Assembly: GCA_951406725.2 (NCBI GenBank)
Contig: OX597821.1
Span: 54,932,001 to 54,996,000 of the forward strand
Origin: Octopus vulgaris
Taxonomy: Eukaryota
DNA: 64,000 nucleotides
Direction: 5' to 3'
Shown: in pieces, positions 39,720 to 51,315 of the stretch
Layout: the number at the start of each line of letters is the position of its first letter
How positions within the stretch are numbered: the stretch's first letter is position 1
Program-made: the position numbers and the translations under genes
Notes under the pieces: generated by a model
The model's input: only the letters and a program-made list of their open reading frames with translations
The model's database searches: none
Told to the model about the DNA's origin: nothing

Positions 39720-42480
39720 GAACCTTAAGTGCGGAGTCCTTGGAATGTTTTACAAATTTTCCCTATACCTGTAATCAACGGTATTTAGAGAATGTGAATC
39801 AGTTCATTCTGTTCTGTTTTGGAGAAGCTCCAGCATGTCTAAGATTTTAAGCAAATCTGTAGTTACATAGACCAGTGGAACTACAATAGGCACAAATGAA
39901 AGCCTATAAACTGCATGTAAGAGTTATATGTTTTTTCATTACTTCTCCATAGATTTTCTCTTATTTTCTCAATTTTTGACAAGATGTCCATATCCATCCA
40001 AATGCCCATCTCTACAACAGTGCATGACATGTGTTCACTCCCCTACAGAGCATTATGTAACATCATGCACTTACATCTATTGGTTGTTTTTTATTGGGAA
40101 GTTCCACCAGTATTTTTAACTTTTGAAAGTGTGAATTCTTTTTGATTCTGATATGCTTTTGGTATGGCTTTGAGGATAATTCTTCTTGCATATAGCATCA
40201 TAAACAGTTTTAGCAACAATGTCATGTCCCATGGGAAAGTGTATTATCCAGGCAATTTTGGACAGGTACCAATGTCATGAGTAATATCTTCTTTACTGGC
40301 ATAACACTATCTGTATTTTCTATCACAACATGAAGGTCTAGAGACATCCTTATTTCTTCTGTGGATCAAGTATTTAGTAACTATCTCCTATTCTTGGAGG
40401 GCAAAGGCATAGACATTTAGATGGGATGTAATGTGTTTAACAAAGATATAAGAAAGATTGCTATTTCAGTCAAAGATGTTGATATCCTTTTGCTTGCAGT
40501 ATTTGTCCCCATGCATAACTTTTTGCTGGTATGATGAGTATTTCCCTTCAAGTCTTAGTTAAAGAAGGTCAGTTGAGTCCCATAGAAAACATCTGCACAC
40601 TCAGTACTTGTTCAGGGGTTCTTTGCCTACTCTCATGCTATTGAGACTTTAGCTTTAGAATGTATATGATGATGAACGTATTTCTTTCATTGCTATTCAG
40701 TAGGTATTGTCTAAGTGACACGATGCAGTATACAAAGGCTTTCTGAACTAATCTTATGTCAATGTTTTCAATCTTCTGTTTAACATAAGTTCTATCAGTG
40801 TTGTTGTTGATGTAGATGTAACCAGTCGTTGTTAGAATCTTCCTAGTCCTGATGATCAAGTTGTGGGTGGATTTCTTCAAGAGTCCAGTTTGGTATCTCA
40901 AAAGCTGGTTTTAGCACTAGCACTGACTTTATTGAGTGCAAACAGCTCTAATTGCCCAAACTGTCCAAAGTTTGTTGAAGTATTCTTTTGACACTCTAGC
41001 TGTACTGACTGCACCAGCATATGCAATAGTCAAGCTGATTCCAAGGTATTTGAAGCTTTCATCACTAGTGCTAGGGAAGCATGACAATTCATTGGTGTCT
41101 ATAGTTCCTGCCTGATCAAAAATCTTTCCTCACTTGACTACACAATAACAATATTTATCCAGTCCCAACTTCATACACATGTCATGTGAGAATTGCCCTG
41201 TTTTAATTGTCTCTTGGTGTCATAAATATTACTTGAGTACAGCCTAAGTTCATTTATAAAATAAGATGTGAGCAACAATTTTCTTTCATTTGCAGGTCCC
41301 ATCATGTAGCCTTTGCATTTTTGAACCAGGATAAGGAAAGGTTCACTGATGGGACAAAAAACATTACAGGTAAGTTGTCACTGTGAAATATTTCTATTGA
41401 TAGTCTAATTTTTTAGTAACTTCAGTTTTTATCTATAGCTCTGAGGAATAGGTTGTTGACAAACTCTTAATGATATTGACAGCAGTAGTTTAAACTCTGG
41501 CAAGACATCATGATACTATTATGAATGATTGAGAAAGAGAGTCAAATGATATCTTATAGTCTGATGATACATTCAGGTTTGGGTAGCTCTGTTTCACTCT
41601 TTTAATGATAGCTTTGTTGAGGAAAACAATCAAGCAACCTGTATATAACTTATACATCACATTTAAACATGCTATAGGCCTGAAAGCTTTGGTTAAATCC
41701 ATATCCTTCTATTAAGCTACAATTTTCTTTTTTTTTTTTTACATGCATTAGTCAGTTAATTTGGTACATTGAGGTCAGCATTCATTATTCTTTTGAACAG
41801 GTTAATGGGAGCTGCCTTTCTGAATGTGAGCTTCCTGTACTAATAACTGACTATCAAATAATTTTACATTCAGGAGTTTTGCAACATCAGTCAAGACGGT
41901 TTCACTATTGATATTATAAATTTAAAGAGAGATGTTTGCACAATATTTACTCTGTAGCTTATCTAACACTATTACATCATGGTTACCTAGTTTATTTATG
42001 TTCCAGATTTATCCCCAAAACTGACAGTAAGTCATTGTAGGTAAGGGCTTTTATATCCAAAGAGTTAGTCTTCCATACTATGGTATATTATTTGTAGATT
42101 AATTGCAAATTTGCAGTAGATGCACCTACATTCTAATAATTATTGTGACAATGAAATTTTTTCCTTTCACACGCAGTTTGTGTCTAAGGGCAATTAGATT
42201 GCCTATTGGTGTTTCTTGTCAATTGTTTCAATAAACCTTATATAATCTCTCATAAAGTTGCAGCTGGTGATCAGTGAATTTATTATTCAATTTGCATTTA
42301 ATGAAAGCATCTAATTATCCAATAATTTTTCTGAGTCTATCAATATTTAGCTGGAGAGAGGTCATCCTTTTCCATTGTTTACTTCCTGTTACTATCGATC
42401 TCTGTTACTCCCATCTGTTGATAAATGGTAACTGCTGCTCAATATAGCAGAACTTCAATGTCTAAGAGCTGGAATTTTCC
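39720..42480 (-). mobile_element. R4/Dong-type (RLE) non-LTR retrotransposon remnant
   Basis: The minus strand reads FRPIACLNVMYKLYTG, DY..SFDSL, MKLGLDK, FKYLGI, KVMHG and FVPIVV, in the expected order with many stops. Confidence 0.8.
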
Positions 42481-43632
42481 ATCTTTTCTAGTAGTTCCTT
42501 AGCTACTTGGTCAATCATGAATAGTACCAGGTCAATAGGTTTTTCTATTGATTTGGTGTCGACATATATCAATATGTATGTATACCGATACTGAAATACA
42601 CATGCATGTACATAAATTCATTTATATGTCTGTCCGTATGTACATATGTATGCATGTTTGTATATATGTTTATATGCATGTTTTAATGTTTGTACATGTT
42701 TGTATAAATGAATGTATGCATGTGTGAATGTATGCTTATGGATAATTATTTGTGTAAGCATGTATGTCTATCATGTACATATGAATGCATAAAGATACTA
42801 CTCTTTTGTGTTTACATGTGACAAGATTTACAATGATGCATGTGAGTGTGTAGAAAGACAAGTATCTATGAAGTGAAGTGGGTGAAGATACAGTGAGTGA
42901 CAAGAGGAGAGAGAAAGGGAGAGAGAGAGAGAGACATGTGTAGATAAAATTATGGCGATAGAAATGGTGAAGGGTGAGACAAGAATAATAGAAAGCAAAG
43001 AATTTATCACAATATACATAAGTTATTCATACAATTTCATAACATAATATAAGAATGAACCAAGAATATATATTTATAAATATGAGAGTTGTGTTCATGT
43101 GTATGCTTATATTACTGACTGTGAGTTCATTATAAACAAGATACATACATTTGGCCATACATATCATGCATACACAAGAAATATTTAGAACTAAATTTTA
43201 CAACATTACATAAATTTTTTCTTTAAACTTGGAACTAAAGATATGAATGTATACATACATATACATACAAACCACTTATTTTAACATCTTTCAAATATAT
43301 TGTCTCTAAATAAAAAAAATATATTCAGTAAAATGTATAAATGATTAAATTAGGAAAAATTAATTTAAAACTTGAGAAAAAAATTCATTTTAAATATAAT
43401 AGTGACTTGTATACAAATTTTAAAACTTCAAGAAGAAAAAATTATTTAAAATATGATAATGACTTATTTATATGATATAGTGGGTTATAAAACTAGTCAA
43501 TAAGACAAAAAAATTCCCTCAAGATGGTAACTAAATTCTACAAACAAAAGCTAAGTGAGATAACACAAATAATATCAGATGATTTAAATTTTTGGATTAT
43601 GTACACAATGTAGATTTGTGTGGATATGGTCT

Positions 43633-43861
43633 TTAACCCTTTAGCATTCACATTATTTTGTCAAAAGCAACGTTAATTTATTCCATATTATTTTGAATTG
43701 ATCATGCATTATCTTGTAGCTTTGAGATTTTGATGAGGTTGCTGCTAATTTTTATAAAGACATTATAGGGTTCATGTGAGAAGCCAGATCTGGCCACTTT
43801 GTGCATAAAACAAGCATAATATTTTGACCAATTATGGTCAGTTAAAATGCCAAAAGCTTAA
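43633..43861. mobile_element. piggyBac-type MITE (uninterrupted copy)
   Basis: TTAACCCTTTAGCATT start and TTAA end. Homologous to 15384-16506. Confidence 0.75.
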
Positions 43862-44888
43862 AGGGATATTCCTCAGCTATATTGTTGGTATCCATAATGT
43901 GTATCAGCATGTGTATGTGTGTGTCTGTGTGTGTATACACATATTCATATATATATGTATATATATATAGACACACACACACACATATATATAGTTAATC
44001 CAAACATGAACAAAGAGAAAACACAACTCGAGGATGTGGAACAAGAATAGTGTTATTGGACGCTCAGGAAAGGAAAGAAAGAAGGAGGATTTAACGTTTC
44101 GAGAAGCTTAGTGAAGTCTTCTGACTAACCAGCTTCTGTCAAACCATCCAACCATGCAAGGATGTAAAATAGACATTAAATGAAGATGCTGATGATATAT
44201 ACGTAGGTGTATGTATATATAAGTTCTGTCACATTTTTGATGTGGCCACTTTCTCAATTCTTCCTGTAAAATAAGCATTAATTTTCACATTCTCATGCTT
44301 TTTTCTTTCTTTCTTTACCAGTTAAATACATCACAGATATATTCAAACTGATCAAAAAGTTTGATTTTTTTCACAATACTTGGCTGCCAAATTTGAATTT
44401 TGTTTCAGCCTGATAACTGCAGCATACAAATGCTGGGCACTTTCTGCTGATTTTTCATAAGCAGAAGCTTCCAGTCTCTCATAGTTGCCCTACTTTATGC
44501 TAATGAGGGCATAAGTAATTTGAAATGCCTATATTAATCAACAGGGCAACTACAAAATAGAAGTTTTACAACTTCTGCCTTAATCCAGAAATTTTCTCTG
44601 CCAAACTGCGGTGAAATTGGCCTGTTTACTATTAAAGTTGACCAAATTTAAGAGAATCTTACACTGCTTATAAACTCTATATATGGATGGACTCATATTA
44701 AACTCTGTTGGACTTTTGGATTTTACTCAAAGGATATTGGAATATTACACATATATACCACTATGCCTATAAAACGGATTTACGAATTCAATAGCCATAC
44801 ATATATTACATCTATTTTCTTTCCTCCACCTCACTCTTTATTTGTATCACATCGAAACTAACTATGACTTAATATTTCCTCTCACACT

Positions 44889-44940
44889 GTCTCTGATGAA
44901 GGGATATTATTAATTAATATCCTAGAAACAGCTGTAGGAC
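44889..44940 (+). ncRNA. Minimal type I hammerhead ribozyme motif (PLE-type)
   Basis: Stem I GTCT/GGAC; CTGATGA at 44893-44899; stem II GGATATTA/TAATATCC; GAAA at 44925-44928; palindromic stem III ACAGCTGT; GUA cleavage triplet. Confidence 0.75.
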
Positions 44941-45114
44941 CTATCTATAAATGCTCTAATATCTATACAGCATTGGTTTTTTTTATCTCATTACGCAAAA
45001 AATTCATATATATATATATATATATTTATGTATGTATGTATGTATTTATGTATGTATGTATGTATATATGTGTGTGTATGTATGTATATATATATATATA
45101 TGTATGTATGTATG

Positions 45115-45154
<40 letters not shown>

Positions 45155-45779
45155 TTTTATGTATATATTATATATAATTTCTTTTTACTTGTTTCAGTCA
45201 TGTGACTGGAGCACCACCTTTTAGTCAACAAATTGACCCCAAGATGTATTTTTAAAGTTTGGTACTTATTCTATCAGTTTCGTTTGCTGAACCACTAAGT
45301 TATATGTGTACACACACACACACACACATATATATAGAGAGAGATATTTAGAAAGGGTTTTGACACAGTATCCCATGGTTGTCGATACATGAGGTCAATG
45401 TATGAAGTCTCCCTCTTTGGGAATGCATCAATACAATGCTACTGAAACAGCTGTCGTGAATTTTTGAAGCCCACTTGTGTTCTTTTATACATATGCTATA
45501 TTTGGAACCATCCCTGGGCTGGATCTACAGTTTATATTCGATTGGATACCTATGTATATGTGCATCTGTCTAAGTGTGTATATATATATATATATATATA
45601 TAGAGATAGAGAGAGAGAGAGAGAGATAGATATAATAAAAGGGTAAATATTTTTTCGATGGTTTTTCAGACAACCAACAATTATTTACCGGTAGATTTCG
45701 GTATGTAAATATGACCTTTAGTGTCGGGAACTTTTGTGGAGTTCAGTATATATAGTATATATAGTATATATAGTATATA

Positions 45780-45877
45780 AGTATATAAGTAAAAGGGCAG
45801 GCAACAGGTTGCTCTGCCGCATAATTCTTTCAGTATGCGGCAGAGCAACCTGTTGCCTGCCCTTTTACTTATATACT
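45780..45877. repeat. Perfect 44-bp inverted repeat with a 10-nt loop
   Basis: 45780-45823 is the exact reverse complement of 45834-45877. Confidence 0.95.
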
Positions 45878-46209
45878 ATATATATAGATAGATAGATGTG
45901 TGAATAAATATATGCATACTAGTAGTATACAATAAAAAAGTATTAGTGGCTCTAGACTATTGTAAGTTCAGTACTGAGTTTATCCTGGCATCCTACATGT
46001 TGAAGTACTTAGATTCTTGTGAATCTTGCAACTGACCTACAGATATATATATATACACACACAACAGAATATGGCAGTCCTATAAAGGATGCTTTTACTG
46101 CTGTTTAAGCCCTGGGAAAATATTATTTCCACCTAGCTATCAACACCGTCTGTATCCGTATAGTGTTTGCAATGGAGGTCATCACTCCCATCTCCAGCCT
46201 TACGTGATA

Positions 46210-46254
46210 CTCACAGACCACGGTTTCTAGGTGGTTACCCATCCTCAGTGTGAG
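46210..46254 (-). ncRNA. Type I hammerhead ribozyme, canonical core
   Basis: Minus strand: CTCACA-CTGAGGA-TGGG(TAACCA)CCTA-GAAAC(CGTG)GTC-TGTGAG. Perfect 6-bp stem I and GUC site. Confidence 0.88.
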
Positions 46255-46696
46255 ACAATCACTGACTGTTGATGAAAGCTTTCTCCACTTGCAAATACTA
46301 TATATTCTTTAAGTAACACATAAGCACTGATCTCGTATAGAGAAAAACAACTTGTTTTAACAAGAGATATACAGTAAGAGTACCGAAAGTAAAGTTATTT
46401 GCCAACAGAAAGTGGCGGCCTTATAAACGACGCTGTTACTGTTGTTTAAGCCCCTGTTGATAGCAATCTGGAAGAGATGTTTACTTGAGGTTTAAACAGC
46501 AGTAACATCGTTGTTTATAGAACCACTACATTCTGTTGGCAAATAAACTTTACTATTCAGTATGTTACTCTATATCTCTCACTGAGAGATTTAAAACAGT
46601 TTGTTTTTCTCAATATGAGATCAGCGACTGTGTGTCACTTAAAGAATATATAGTGTTTGTGAGTGGAGAAAGCCTTCATCAACAGCCAGTGATTGT

Positions 46697-46741
46697 CTCA
46701 CACTGAGGTTGGGTAACCACTCAGAAACCATGGTCTGTGAG
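46697..46741 (+). ncRNA. Type I hammerhead ribozyme with one core substitution
   Basis: CTCACA-CTGAGGT-TGGG(TAACCA)CTCA-GAAAC(CATG)GTC-TGTGAG. The last A of CUGANGA is T. Confidence 0.8.
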
Positions 46742-46908
46742 TACCACGTAAGGCTGGAAGTGGGAGCGATGACCTTCCTGGCAAACACTATATGGACACA
46801 GACTGTGTGTTAATAGCCAGTCAGAAAAGATATTTTAATGGGGCTTAGACAACAGTAACATCGTCCTTTATAGGGCCACCACATTCTGTTGGAAAATAAA
46901 CTTTACTA

Positions 46909-46943
<35 letters not shown>

Positions 46944-46959
46944 CGCACATTTTACATAA

Positions 46960-47545
46960 CACCCCACTTCTGTTGCACTTCGGCAAGTCTCATATATTGC
47001 ATCATATGCAAATTCTGCGGTGCTCTTTACATTGGAGAAACAGAGCGAAGCTTTGGGGATCACCTTCATGAACATATCAAAAGCATAATGCTACATATGC
47101 CAGGCCTACCTGTCCCTACCCACTTCAACACTGAATCATTTTATTGCAGATTTATCAGTGTGTGGCATGGCCTTGCATCACGGACCCCACCACTTCTCTA
47201 TGAAACGAAAGGAGCAATGTCTCATTTTGGCACTATATCCCTGACCCGGTATGAATGAATGTTTCTCCTTTCAACCTTTCACATCCTCTTAATTCTTTTT
47301 TATGCTTTGTAATCCTCCTTCCACCTTCTCTCTGCAACATTGCCATATTTACTTATCTCTACCTTCTCCATCACCCTTTTCCTCCTCCTTTCTAAACGCC
47401 CTCTCCTATAACCTCTGTTATTCTGTGTCCATTATCAGTTGCATCCAGTTTTTCAAGCTGAGGGGATATAAACTCTGTTTGACTTTCTTCTCTTTTTCTC
47501 TTCCCCCTGATGAAGGATTGAATCTGAAACATTGGATATTCCACT
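46960..47545 (+). mobile_element. Penelope-like element 3' end (GIY-YIG endonuclease remnant, UTR, degenerate HHR)
   Basis: From 46965: HFCCTSASLIYCIICKFCGALYIGETERSFGDHLHEH..LPVPTHFN, then frameshifted KRKEQCLI..PGMNECFSF. CTGATGA..GAAAC at ~47507-47530. Confidence 0.9.
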
Positions 47546-48650
47546 CCCCATGGCAAGTTCACTGTACCCCTTTCACTTTACACACACACATACGTCTAGA
47601 GCAAAAGGCACTTGCCCAAAATCGACATGCAGTGGGACTGAACTCCAAATCACAAGGTTGCAAAGCAAGCTTGTTAACCACACAGCCAATCATACAATAT
47701 ATACAGTATATTGTGAACATTTCACAAGCGTTGTTAACTGAGTAAAATATGCTCTAAGAAGACTGAACTTTGTCTATTGTTTTCACCATTTGGTGAAAAT
47801 AAAGACTAGATGCATTCCTATCCACATAGCCTTCCTAGCTGAGCAAATTTAATCAAGTGGCCTGACTGAAATTATTGATAAATAAATTATCTATCAACTG
47901 GGGAATACAATTTTGCTGCTCTCACCATATTTTCTAACTTTGCAAGGCATTAATCACAACCACTTGCTTCTAAAATAATACAACCACTGCTATGACAACA
48001 ACTACAAACACAATCACTATGAATAGTAGTAGTAGTAGTAGTAGTAATAGTAGTAGTTTTTCCAAATGTAACAAACTTAATATAAATATAAAGAATAATA
48101 ATATATTCTCTCACTTTCTTAAAAAAAAAGCTTTCACTAATATTCTGCAAATATGATTTTATTTATATTCAAACACAAGGAAAAAGAGAAAATAAGTATA
48201 TTAGAAGGAATATTAAATGAAAATTGATATTTCTCTCTTAAGCAAAGACATATATGCAACACATACATATAAGCTCACACAACACAGACATAAATTCTTC
48301 CTTCCCTCTCTCCCTCTACCTTGTCTTAAGTATGCCAAAGAAATATAGGACTCCGGTGAATAAATGGCAAGTGTCAAGTTCTTCAGATTTGGATATGAAA
48401 TATTCATCTTTATACATACATAGTCGTGTATATACATCAGTCTATTCATCTATATACATCGTAGTCATGCTTACATAGGCACATGCATAAACATACCTAA
48501 ATCTGTATTCAGTTGTGTGTATATATATATATGTATGTATATATGTATATATATATGTATATATATATATATATATATATACATACATGTATATATATAA
48601 ATGTATGTATATATATATATATATATATACATGCATGTATATATATATAT

Positions 48651-48699
<49 letters not shown>

Positions 48700-49299
48700 A
48701 CCCATGCTAGCATGGAAAGCGGACGTTAAACGATGATGATGATGATGATGATGATATATATATTTATATATAATAATAATAATAATATTAGGGAGTATAT
48801 CCAAGATGCCTAATATTGATATTATCTCTAATTTAATTATATATATATATATATCATTGAGGTCTGTTGTAAAAAAAAAAAATTAAAACAGAGCATGAAT
48901 TACTTAGCACAGTATGCCTACGATGGCAGTGATGCATAATGCTAACCTTGGCCTTCAATCTAATAATAGTCACATCTTGCTATATCATTTAGTCATCAAT
49001 TTACATGTCCCAGTGTGAATATATTTTTAATGCACTTGGTGATTTGTCACAAGCCTAACAAGGAAAATTTTCCAAAAGCAATGTGTTTGTGTGAAAGTGT
49101 TTATCAAAACATTTATGGGAATATTTTGACTGCTGCAGCAGACCTATGATTGATTAAGCCATATACAAGTTCACAAAAATAGCTCTTGTGTTTCCAGTGG
49201 GGAAGAACCTCCATCAGCTAAGATCTTAAATTTAGACGACATTCTTTGATGAATTCTATGGTCCATAAAATTTGCTGTCTGACTTAGATATATTACCAT

Positions 49300-49465
49300 A
49301 GGTGCAGGTGTGGCTGTGTGGTAGGAGGCTTGCTTCCAAACCTCATGGCTCTGAGTTCAATCTCACTGCATGGCATCATGGGCAAGTGTCTTCATATATA
49401 GCCACAGGCTGACCAAAGCTTTGTCAGTGGATTTAGTAGAGAGAAGCTGAAAGAAGCCTGTTCAA
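49300..49465 (+). mobile_element. SINE family A, 5' half
   Basis: Head up to GAAAGAAGCC, then (TA)n. Confidence 0.8.
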
Positions 49466-49994
49466 TATATATATATATATATATATAATTTCAAATTAAT
49501 AATAAAAGGGTAAAATTAATTAATTAAATTTTATTATCAATTTGAAATTATAATTTTCTCCATGATAGAATACTGCAGTTTTCAGTGGTACTGCTCGTAA
49601 CATACACATGGATACAAGGGATAAATAGTGTATTCACATTCGGCTGTGTAAATTTCAGAAGTGTTGGTTGGATATCTGTTGCATGATGTTGCTCGATCAT
49701 GTGTATATTTAACCCTAGCACTTTCAAATTTTATAATTGGAAACACTTGAAGACAGAAGTAAGTAATTAAAAACACTTTAATCTCGAAAGGTGCCTGTGG
49801 CTAATCGGAATCGTGTTGATTCATCGTTTTCCTCTTTGCCTACGTAAAAAAGTGTGTTACTGTCGTGGAGATTCTTACAGTAGTAGAAAAGGAATCTTTA
49901 ACTCCTAATTTCTAAATTCGGTATGTGGTGAAACAATTAGCTGACCCCTAATTATAATTATGTTTATAATTATATTGTATTTGTGTATATATAT

Positions 49995-50405
49995 ATCATC
50001 ATCATCGTTCAGCGTCCATTTTCCATGCTAGCATGGGTTGGACGGTTCTACTGGGGTCTGTGAAGCCAGAAGGCTTCATCAGGCCCAGTCAAATCTGGCA
50101 GTGTTTCTACGGCTGGATGCCCTTCCTAACGCCAACCACTCCGTGAGTGTAGTGGGTGCTTTTTACGTGCCACCCGCACAGGTGCCAGACAGAGCTGGCA
50201 AACGGCCACGAACAGATGGTGCTTTTTATGTGCCACTGGCACGAGGGCCAGGCGAGGCTGGCAATGGACATGAAACGGGGCGGTGCTAGCAACGGTCGTG
50301 AAATGGAAGGTTCTCTTACATGCCACCGGCACTGGTAACACATCTGCAATTTCCATTGATCGATTTCCATTGATCGATTTCGATTCTGATCCTCACTTGC
50401 CTCAG
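49995..50405 (-). mobile_element. RTE 3'-UTR copy
   Basis: (CAT)n tail through CACTTGCCTCA, a single-unit relative of the 27.4-29.4 kb array. Confidence 0.85.
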
Positions 50406-50406
50406 G

Positions 50407-50596
50407 AGAACAGAGATTTACATATCCAGGTTATATTATACAATTAATCACATCTTTCTTTATCAGTTTCTGCTGCAAGATACAAAATGCATAATTTGCA
50501 GTGTGCACCTGCTTGCAGCAGAAGCACATGTAAGTACTGACAACTAAAGATGTGATTAACCGCATGATAGAACTTGGATTTATAAATCTCTGTTCT
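50407..50596. repeat. Foldback / MITE-like imperfect palindrome
   Basis: ~51-bp outer arms (AGAACAGAGATTTA..ATCACATCTTT) and inner arms TTCTGCTGCAAG/CTTGCAGCAGAA. Confidence 0.85.
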
Positions 50597-50818
50597 ACTC
50601 ATATTTATTAATTTATTATTTCTTCTACACTGACATTATGTAGTCTTTATAAGGACAATTGAATTTACCTAAGTGAGGATTTACTGAGTATAGCAAATTT
50701 AACTAACTGGAGTTCATCTACATTCACTGAGGTTAGCCAGCATTGCTAACTGATGAGAGGGAGTATGGTACCTGCTAAGATTATATATCCCTCTTAACCA
50801 TTTTTGAAAATTAACTTT

Positions 50819-50855
<37 letters not shown>

Positions 50856-51085
50856 GTATATATCTATGTGTGTATGTCTTTGTATCTGTTTTGTGCACCA
50901 CCACCACCACCACCACCACTTGACAGGCAGTGTTGGTGGGTTTACATATGAACTTACCGATTTTTTTATTACATTTCAGACGGATTCAGTGCTGAGTTGC
51001 TGAAGTTACTGAAACAGAAATATTATAGCAAATATTCTGCTTAATATAACTCTTCAGCATGTCCATTAGTAGTTGACAATATAAA

Positions 51086-51315
51086 GGTGGTGAGCTGGCA
51101 GAAACGTTAGCCCACCAGGTGAACTGTGTAGCTGTATTTCATCTGCCATTACGTTCTGAGTTCAAATTCCGCCGAGGTCGACTTTGCCATTCATCCTTTC
51201 GGGGTTGATAAATAAAGTATCAGTTACGCACTGGGGTCGATGTAATCGACTTAATCTGTTTGTCTGTCCTTGTTTGTCCCCTCTGTGTTTAGCTCCTTGT
51301 GGGTAGTAAAGAAAT
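51086..51315 (+). mobile_element. SINE family B copy
   Basis: Colinear with 10066-10295. Confidence 0.88.

Larger units (their letters stand above)
46062..46910. mobile_element. Retrozyme-like element: inverted dimer of a ~340-350-bp HHR-containing unit
   Basis: Arms 46062-46453 and 46455-46910 are diverged reverse complements. Each arm is longer than one unit (CAACAGAA at 46062 and 46403; TTCTGTTGG at 46531 and 46884). Each carries an HHR, and neither has an ORF. Confidence 0.8.

Noticed and set aside
45670-45735. Hammerhead on the minus strand
   Set aside because: The CUGANGA box is absent (CTAAAGG), so at best it is heavily decayed.
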